Shown here: positions 7,792 through 12,749 of the stretch, piece after piece | Position numbering within the stretch: the stretch's first letter is position 1 | How the letters are laid out: every line of letters starts with the position of its first letter | DNA from: Candidatus Nanohalobium sp. | GTDB lineage: Archaea > Nanohalarchaeota > Nanosalinia > Nanosalinales > Nanosalinaceae | Direction: 5' to 3' | DNA: 12,749 bases | Assembly (NCBI GenBank): GCA_042216335.1 | Contig: JBDGTY010000029.1 | Span: 1 to 12,749, forward strand | Notes under the pieces: model-generated | Seen by the model: only the letters and a program-made list of their open reading frames with translations | Told to the model about the DNA's origin: nothing | The model's database searches: none | Program-made: the position numbers and the translations under genes

Positions 7792-8337
7792 CTATTTGTA
7801 TTTACTCAGAACAGTGTCGAACATGTTGGATTCCTCGAACTGCGCCACTATCCTCTCGCCTCCAGCCTTCAATTCAAAGCTTTCAGCGTACCGCATTATA
7901 GGTTGAACTCCGAACAAAGGCGTGTCAACTTCTCTAGGTATAATATTCACGATACTCGTGAACTCGAATCCGTTCTCCATCTGTAGGCCCACAGGATGAA
8001 GATAGGACTGTATATCTTCTCCGTTTGCCAGAGTTGAGGTTACCCGGATAGATTTCTTAGAGTGTTTCTTCCAGGTGTTGTGTAGAAAACTGTAGGGAGC
8101 CCTCGACCCGTGACTGTGCCACTGGTTTCTCAACTCTGGGTTCTCCTCTGATCTAAAGTCTATCCCCAGTTCTTTGGCAACAACCTTTGAAACAGTCGTC
8201 CACGAAGCACCCGTATCCAGCAGCAGGGAACGGTGTGAATCACCGCTGCCGGTGAAGAAACGCGCATCCTTCAGGTAATAACCATCTTTGTTCTGGCGTT
8301 CGCCATCGATCAATCTATCGAAAACTACCTTGCTCAT
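7792..8337 (-). CDS. Retropepsin-like (clan AA) aspartic protease, single domain
   Basis: Catalytic motif LLLDTGASWTTVS (Asp codon 8215-8217), helix VAKELGI, flap-like TLANGE, and C-terminal PLFG. ATG at 8337, alternative TTG at 8340. Confidence 0.85.
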   Translation of the reverse strand: MSKVVFDRLIDGERQNKDGYYLKDARFFTGSGDSHRSLLLDTGASWTTVSKVVAKELGIDFRSEENPELRNQWHSHGSRAPYSFLHNTWKKHSKKSIRVTSTLANGEDIQSYLHPVGLQMENGFEFTSIVNIIPREVDTPLFGVQPIMRYAESFELKAGGERIVAQFEESNMFDTVLSKYK

Positions 8338-8347
8338 CAACAGCTCA

Positions 8348-8578
8348 CTATATCAACCGGGCTTTGCTGTCATCAGGCACCTTAGTCAGAAGAAAATTCT
8401 CGGAATCAGACCTACTCTCCGCCTTTTGATACGCCTGCATCTCGCTACTCTCTATCGCTATGATTTCTCCTCTACTAATAGCTATCCAGTTCCCTTTAGC
8501 CTCTTCAGGGATATCCCCTTCCTCTAAAAATTCGGAGTTCTCCCTGTCAAAGTTTGAGACATCTTCTTCAAGTGTCAT
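8348..8578 (-). CDS. DUF5678-like small protein
   Basis: 76 aa. KGNWIAISRGEIIA...MQAYQKA.......FLLTKVP matches the DUF5678 pattern as I recall it. It sits directly upstream of the aspartic protease. Confidence 0.75.
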   Translation of the reverse strand: MTLEEDVSNFDRENSEFLEEGDIPEEAKGNWIAISRGEIIAIESSEMQAYQKAESRSDSENFLLTKVPDDSKARLI

Positions 8579-8745
8579 GGCAGACTCAGATACAAATATA
8601 GTTCACCGTGATTTGCCCTTACCGAATCAATGCTCCTCAAGCGATTTAAAAATTGCAGATAGAGGTCACTACTTCGCCACTCTGAAGCGATAATCGCCTT
8701 CCACCACAAAGCCAACCAAGTTCAAAGAGGAAAATATCCACAGTC

Positions 8746-8751
8746 TTTATA
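8746..8751 (+). promoter_or_regulatory. TATA box of the membrane protein gene
   Basis: TTTATA lies 25-30 nt upstream of the ATG at 8776. Confidence 0.55.
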
Positions 8752-8775
8752 GCAGAAAGTCTCGAAAACTCTCCT

Positions 8776-9195
8776 ATGCTGAACAAAAACTATCTTCAGG
8801 CCCTTCTCGCCGGCGAGTCCCGTGCCTACGGATTCACCATCGCTTTCTGGGGTTCGGGCGCACTGCTGATCAAGGCTAACGGGCTTCCCGTCATAGGCGA
8901 GGCCTTGCTGTACGGCCTGGGCGCCGTCGTAGGTTTCGGCGTACTGGCGGCCGCTGCGTTCGGCGAAGCCAGCAGAGAGGTAGAGTACGACAACCCAAGT
9001 TATCTGGTCCTGGGAATGGTTCATTACCTGGCCGCGCTCGTACCTATGCTGGTGGCGCACGCGATCACGACTGCGTCCGTTCCTGCGACAGCCGACTTCT
9101 TCCTATCCGGTTTCGCGGTATCGACGACCTACAACCTGCTGGCAGTGCTTGAAGAGGACGTGACAGAGGTCATCGGCAGGTTCACCCCTGTTTAA
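8776..9195 (+). CDS. Hypothetical integral membrane protein (about four TM helices)
   Basis: 139 aa, hydrophobic throughout, with ESRAYGFTIAFWGSGALL at the N-terminus. It has a correctly placed TATA box and overlaps the next gene convergently by 14 nt. Confidence 0.8.
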   Translation: MLNKNYLQALLAGESRAYGFTIAFWGSGALLIKANGLPVIGEALLYGLGAVVGFGVLAAAAFGEASREVEYDNPSYLVLGMVHYLAALVPMLVAHAITTASVPATADFFLSGFAVSTTYNLLAVLEEDVTEVIGRFTPV

Positions 9196-9928
9196 AATCC
9201 TTCCACTTACCGCCGTAGATGTAGCCCGTCAGCTTTCCCTCTTCCGCCAGTTTCTCGAACTCCTCCTCGATACTGTGCCGATTCAATCTTTCGAATATCT
9301 CCGGCTCGAAGATGTAAGTGCCTGCGTTGATGAGTCTGGAAGGTTCTTCACCTGGCTCGGGCTTCTCCTCGAACCCGAGTATCTTCCTGCCCTTCAGCCG
9401 TGCAACCCCGTACTCCGAAGGGTTTTCAACAGTCGTCAAAGCCATCGTGGCAATCCTGTCCTCCTCTCTGTGGACCTCCAGCATTTCATCGATGTCGACG
9501 CCGCTGATGACGTGGCCGTTCACCACCAGAAAGCTGCTTTCTATCCTGTTCTCGATCTTCTCCAGTGCGCGGGCCGTTCCCTCCGGCTCATCGGAAACGT
9601 ACTCCAGAGCCATCTCACCGTGCCGTGAGCCGAAATGCGACTCGATCTCCTCACGGTTAGGGCCGGTTAGAAGTATGGCACGGGAGACATACTCGGAAAG
9701 GTCGTCAAGGACATGGCCGAGCACCGGTTTACCACTCCACGTGTTCAGCGCCTTGGCCTCGGGATCACCACAGAAAACGACAGCAGTACTTATCTTTCTC
9801 TCACTGAGATACGATTCGATTATATCTTCGACCATCCGCGAGCGGTTGACTCCCTTCTCCTCCGCCTCTTCATCCACCTTTTCCACGAGTTCTTCGTTCA
9901 GCGTGAGAGAAATCCTTTTCTTCGCCAT
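9182..9928 (-). CDS. Ribbon-helix-helix (CopG/MetJ-like) domain fused to a degenerate sugar-phosphate nucleotidyltransferase domain
   Basis: Residues 1-43 (KRISLTLNEELVEKVDEEAEEKGVNRSRMVEDII) form an RHH. Residues about 46-248 carry NTP_transferase landmarks GKPVL, GTARAL, FLVVNG, NPSEYGVA, FEEKP, INAGTYIFEP and WKD. Confidence 0.88.
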   Translation of the reverse strand: MAKKRISLTLNEELVEKVDEEAEEKGVNRSRMVEDIIESYLSERKISTAVVFCGDPEAKALNTWSGKPVLGHVLDDLSEYVSRAILLTGPNREEIESHFGSRHGEMALEYVSDEPEGTARALEKIENRIESSFLVVNGHVISGVDIDEMLEVHREEDRIATMALTTVENPSEYGVARLKGRKILGFEEKPEPGEEPSRLINAGTYIFEPEIFERLNRHSIEEEFEKLAEEGKLTGYIYGGKWKDFKQG

Positions 9929-9961
9929 GCCTGATTAAAGCTGGGTTATCAGGCTTAATTA
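9929..9961 (-). promoter_or_regulatory. Inverted repeat GCCTGAT-N12-ATCAGGC (candidate operator) plus TATA-like TAATTAA
   Basis: Perfect 7-bp arms at 9929-9935 and 9948-9954 abut the start codon (9928) on one side and the AT-rich box (9955-9961) on the other. Confidence 0.6.
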
Positions 9962-10060
9962 TTCTTCCGGAATACTGGCCGAACAACTGTCATTGGGAAA
10001 AATCCAGTTTTTTGCCATAAAGAACTTAAAATTAGTCAAATAGTATTGAAGTGAGGCAAT

Positions 10061-10300
10061 ATGTCAAAGACTGCTGTGGATTCACATGGCCGACTCTATC
10101 TTCCGAAAGAGATCAGGGAGAGACACGGGAAGGAGTTCAGAATCGTGGAGTTCGAAGGAGAGGTAAGGCTTATCCCGGTAGCTGAGAACCCGCTGGAGGA
10201 TTTGAGGCAGCGAACAAAGAAGTTGAGGGAAAGCGATAAATCCGTTGAACAGTTAAAGCAGGAAGCGCGGGAAGAACTGGAAGAACTCGCAGGTGAATGA
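10061..10300 (+). CDS. vapB: AbrB/MazE/SpoVT-family antitoxin (VapB-like)
   Basis: 79 aa. VDSHGRLYLPKEIRERHG.EFRIVEFEGEVRLIPV is the swapped-hairpin AbrB pattern. ATGA overlap with the PIN gene; TATA-like CTTAAAA at 10025-10031. Confidence 0.88.
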   Translation: MSKTAVDSHGRLYLPKEIRERHGKEFRIVEFEGEVRLIPVAENPLEDLRQRTKKLRESDKSVEQLKQEAREELEELAGE

Positions 10301-10677
10301 AGATCGGAAAGTACGCCGACACAGACTTCATACTGGCACTTATAAAGGAAGAAGACTGGTTGAAGGAGAACGCTGAAGATATTCTGGCGGAAGAGGACAG
10401 GATAGAGACTTCATACCTCAGCATACTTGAATCGATAATGGTTCTGAAGAGATCAGGAATAGAGGACACAGTAGAGATAGTAAAGGACATCCTCGATATC
10501 GCAGAGTTAATACACGTCGATGAAGAGACAGTGCTAAAGGCCGCGATATTTATGGAGGAGAAAGATGCAAACCCATTCGACGCCTTCCACGCAGCCCTAG
10601 CGCAGGAAAGAACCATAATAAGCTCCGACTCCATATACGACGAGATAGGGAAAGAAAAATCAGACCTCAGAGAATAA
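10297..10677 (+). CDS. vapC: PIN-domain ribonuclease toxin (VapC-like)
   Basis: 126 aa with the acidic PIN residues in YADTDF, SILE, FDAFHAA and ISSDSIYD. Coupled to the AbrB gene. Confidence 0.9.
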   Translation: MKIGKYADTDFILALIKEEDWLKENAEDILAEEDRIETSYLSILESIMVLKRSGIEDTVEIVKDILDIAELIHVDEETVLKAAIFMEEKDANPFDAFHAALAQERTIISSDSIYDEIGKEKSDLRE

Positions 10678-10685
10678 CAAAAATC

Positions 10686-11360
10686 TTACGAAGAACTCTT
10701 ACCCACTTCCACATCCAAAAAGTATTTCTCACCGTTCCTCTCGAAGTAGGCGGTTTCATGGTCGGAAAACTGCAGGGCACGGAGCCTGTCCAGGAACTCT
10801 CCGAAAGTTCCCTTCTCTTCCAAGTCCAACTCACATAGCTCGTCTAAATCATCGCGGTAATGGACAGTCCCTCTCTCAAGGTTCTGCTCACGGCCCTCAA
10901 CACCCTCCTTGATTTTCCCCCAGTTATCTTTGAACTGGTGGAACTGCTCCTCCTGGAGTCGATCATAAAGTGTTTCAGCAGTGTCGTCCGGCCTGACCTC
11001 GACCTCCCTCCTGTCGATAATCGGGCCTTCATCGATCTCCTCCGACATGTAGTGGATGGAGACACCTGCCGGCGTATCCTCGACGATCGGCCAGATGTAC
11101 GGGTGAGCACCACGATTATACGGCAGGAAAGACGGATGCAGGTTGACTACACCCTTCTCCGGAACATCGATTATCTCTTCCGGAACCTTGTGCTCGAAGC
11201 CGGAGGCTATGACGATCTCCGGTTCCAGATCCCTGATGAGCGAGAGCTGGCTCTTCTCGGTTAGAAGCGCGAGGACTTCTACATCTTCTTGCTGGTTCAG
11301 CCAGTCGTATACTTTTTCCCCTGCAGGGTTTGTTCCGAGGAAGATCGCGCGGATAGACAT
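10686..11360 (-). CDS. Formyltransferase, most similar to NDP-4-amino-sugar N-formyltransferases (VioF/Rv3404c-like)
   Basis: 224 aa. NLHPSFLPYNRG, GVSIHYM and IDEGPII supply the Asn/His/Asp catalytic residues. The short C-terminus LCELDLEEKGTFGEFLDRLRAL...AYF resembles sugar N-formyltransferases rather than the Fmt tRNA-binding domain. Confidence 0.85.
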   Translation of the reverse strand: MSIRAIFLGTNPAGEKVYDWLNQQEDVEVLALLTEKSQLSLIRDLEPEIVIASGFEHKVPEEIIDVPEKGVVNLHPSFLPYNRGAHPYIWPIVEDTPAGVSIHYMSEEIDEGPIIDRREVEVRPDDTAETLYDRLQEEQFHQFKDNWGKIKEGVEGREQNLERGTVHYRDDLDELCELDLEEKGTFGEFLDRLRALQFSDHETAYFERNGEKYFLDVEVGKSSS

Positions 11361-11439
11361 AAGTAGTACTCAGAATGTAAAGTGAAAAGAATTTTTGTAG
11401 GTTGAAGAAGGAAAAACTTTTCGAGCAAAGGTTGACACA

Positions 11440-11565
11440 ATGAAGGACATAGATATAGGCGAGGAAACATACCGGAAGCTGGAGAAGCTGAAAGAAGAGA
11501 AAGACGTCGAGTCGATTGACAAGCTGCTCAACAGGATAGCAAACCAGAAATTGAACAACCCTTAG
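11440..11565 (+). CDS. Short RHH-type antitoxin-like protein (VapB-like), possibly truncated; not in the ORF track
   Basis: Manual translation gives MKDIDIGEETYRKLEKLKEEKDVESIDKLLNRIANQKLNNP* (41 aa). This fits the archaeal antitoxin pattern M-K-x-I-x-I-x-E-E-T-Y-x-K-L-x-x-L-K...S-x-D-x-L-L. Confidence 0.6.
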   Translation: MKDIDIGEETYRKLEKLKEEKDVESIDKLLNRIANQKLNNP

Positions 11566-11573
11566 TGAATTAA

Positions 11574-11717
11574 ATGAGGAAGGAACTGGAAAACTCTCTC
11601 GGCAGGGAGGTAGATGTGCTAATTTACAACTCCGTACACCCCAACATCAGGGAAAGAGTTGAAGAGGAAGCAGTGGAAATACGAGGAAAATATTCAAGAG
11701 ATAAGAAAAGAATGTGA
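11574..11717 (+). pseudogene. C-terminal fragment of a minimal nucleotidyltransferase (MNT of MNT-HEPN systems); not in the ORF track
   Basis: Manual translation gives MRKELENSLGREVDVLIYNSVHPNIRERVEEEAVEIRGKYSRDKKRM*. ELE..LGR.VD and P.IRER...EAV.I are the MNT C-terminal half. The N-terminal GS...DxD motif and a HEPN partner are absent. Confidence 0.7.
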
Positions 11718-11751
11718 TAAGAACTAAGAAAGCTTCAAAGAGCCTAAAACC

Positions 11752-12666
11752 TCACATATAGCCTAATTTTCGAAGCTTATCCATAATCTCCTTGTCGTCC
11801 TTGTTCTGAGCTCTTCCTGCTCTTTCTTTGGTGTTTTCCACGTCCTGTAGCCAGGCTGGTTCTTCCGCGGACTTGTCTGTGGATACTTCTGACCCGAGGC
11901 TTCTGAATCCTGCCCAGTACTTCGGAGAGATCGGTACATCCTCCTTTGTAAGGCCTTCAGGAAGATCGTCTTCATCTTCAGGGTACTCCTTGATGTCTAT
12001 TCCTGTGATGTCGGGCACCATGTGGAACCATGATACATCCCATACGTCTCGCTCGTTGAGCTGCAGGATCGGGTGGACTCTGATGTGGTCTGGATCGCTT
12101 CTTGGAGAGTAGAAGTCCTCGTCACCTCTGGACTCGTGCTCGTCCCACCTTACTCCGTTGATGACTGCCTTGATTCCGTGGTTCTCCAGCAGCTCGTTCA
12201 TAGGAACGGTTTTCAGCAGGTGGTTTCCGGCCTCTGTGTCCATCAGCCATGGTACTTCTTCGTAGTCACCTACTTCTTCCGCAGCCTTCTGGTTGCGTTC
12301 GTTGAGTTCTGCGACAGGTACCTTGTCACCCGGGTTGTCTGCCTTCTCGATCAGGTCTTCGTTCTTCGCCACCATCACGTCGAATCCCCAGTCGTCGGCC
12401 AGTCTCTCGACGTAGTCTTCTAGTTCGTCGAAGTGCTGTCCGTGGTCCACGAACATGAAGTCCGGCTTGTCGAAGCCGTGTTCTTCGCAGACTCTTTTGA
12501 CGAGCCATGCTGTCAGTGTGGAGTCCTTTCCTCCGGTGAATCCGATTACTACGTTGTCGGTGTCGTATTCTTCCAGAGCTCTTTTGACGACTTCTTCTCC
12601 TGCTTTTATCTTGGCTTTTATCGGTGCGTTCTCGATCTCGTCCCGTGTTACAGGTGCTTCTGGCAT
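11752..12666 (-). CDS. PAPS-reductase-family PP-loop protein, haloarchaeal CysD-like (sulfate adenylyltransferase subunit 2-like)
   Basis: 304 aa from the ATG at 12666. PP-loop FTGGKDS, GVRWDEHESR, RVHPILQLNERDVW, GFRSLG, ERAGRAQ and C-terminal LGYM. The CysH catalytic ECG(L/I)H tail is absent. Confidence 0.85.
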   Translation of the reverse strand: MPEAPVTRDEIENAPIKAKIKAGEEVVKRALEEYDTDNVVIGFTGGKDSTLTAWLVKRVCEEHGFDKPDFMFVDHGQHFDELEDYVERLADDWGFDVMVAKNEDLIEKADNPGDKVPVAELNERNQKAAEEVGDYEEVPWLMDTEAGNHLLKTVPMNELLENHGIKAVINGVRWDEHESRGDEDFYSPRSDPDHIRVHPILQLNERDVWDVSWFHMVPDITGIDIKEYPEDEDDLPEGLTKEDVPISPKYWAGFRSLGSEVSTDKSAEEPAWLQDVENTKERAGRAQNKDDKEIMDKLRKLGYM

Positions 12667-12685
12667 AGAAAATTCACTTTTGAAT

Positions 12686-12716
12686 ATGCATAAGTTATGC
12701 ATGATGGTTAATAAAG
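12686..12716 (-). promoter_or_regulatory. Perfect palindrome ATGCATAA-G-TTATGCAT with upstream TATA-like TTTATTAA
   Basis: 8-bp arms at 12686-12693 and 12695-12702 lie between the minus-strand AT box (12708-12715) and the ATG at 12666. Confidence 0.55.
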
Positions 12717-12749
12717 GCAGGTCTGTTCTAGTCCTGAAGAATTTCTTCA

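Noticed and set aside
9318-9938. 206-aa plus-strand ORF, and similar Ser-rich ORFs at 95-580, 1624-2031, 2463-2906, 10170-10634 and 10860-11264
   Set aside because: These are antisense frames of well-supported genes. Ser/Phe/Leu richness is the expected mirror image of Glu/Lys-rich sense codons.
10012-10059. TTGCC...GGCAA arms flanking the vapB TATA box as an operator
   Set aside because: The arms are only 5 bp with a 38-nt spacer and cannot be distinguished from chance without orthologue comparison.
10686-11360. Annotation as methionyl-tRNA formyltransferase (fmt)
   Set aside because: It is too short, lacks the Fmt C-terminal tRNA-binding domain, and archaeal initiator tRNA is not formylated.
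11370-11558. 62-aa minus-strand ORF
   Set aside because: It is antisense to the RHH-like peptide on the plus strand, which has a recognisable family pattern.
11752-12666. Annotation as cysH or as DndC of a phosphorothioation system
   Set aside because: It has no ECG(L/I)H tail or Fe-S cysteine motifs, and no dnd/ssp neighbours occur in the window.
12667-12702. 12-aa N-terminal extension (MHNLCIFKSEFS) of the CysD-like gene
   Set aside because: The upstream ATG is part of the palindrome and lies too close to the TATA-like box. MPEAPV at 12666 is the more plausible start, though this is not proven.
1-12749. CRISPR array, tRNA/rRNA, IS element or provirus
   Set aside because: No regularly spaced direct repeats, cloverleaf, transposase, integrase or virion genes were seen by eye, and the intergenic gaps are short. 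The retropepsin alone does not indicate a retroelement because no reverse transcriptase or integrase is present.

Overview
Archaeal chromosomal window, most likely from a Nanohaloarchaeota (DPANN) genome. That assignment is an inference from strongly Glu/Asp-rich proteins at only moderate GC, an archaeal NAC gene, haloarchaeal-type CysD and HVO_A0114/DUF6516 genes, and TATA boxes about 25-30 nt before start codons. Conserved housekeeping and transport genes (NAC, TctA-family permease, AI-2E transporter) give way to a cell-surface and sugar-modification region. That region holds a secreted lamin-tail-domain protein, a HAD-PfkB kinase-epimerase-cupin-membrane protein run, a VioF-like sugar N-formyltransferase and a stand-alone CysD-like PP-loop enzyme. 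Four toxin-antitoxin-like modules are interleaved: DUF6516/wHTH, DUF5678/retropepsin, AbrB/PIN, and a decayed RHH plus MNT remnant missed by the ORF track. Most notable observations: (1) a ribbon-helix-helix domain fused to a catalytically degenerate sugar-phosphate nucleotidyltransferase, with a perfect inverted repeat between its TATA box and start codon, suggesting a pseudoenzyme sugar-sensing transcription factor; (2) a DUF5678 plus aspartic protease two-gene module; (3) a sugar kinase whose conserved N-terminus has a Shine-Dalgarno motif but no canonical start codon. All family assignments come from motif recognition, not database searches. No rRNA, tRNA, CRISPR array or transposase was seen.
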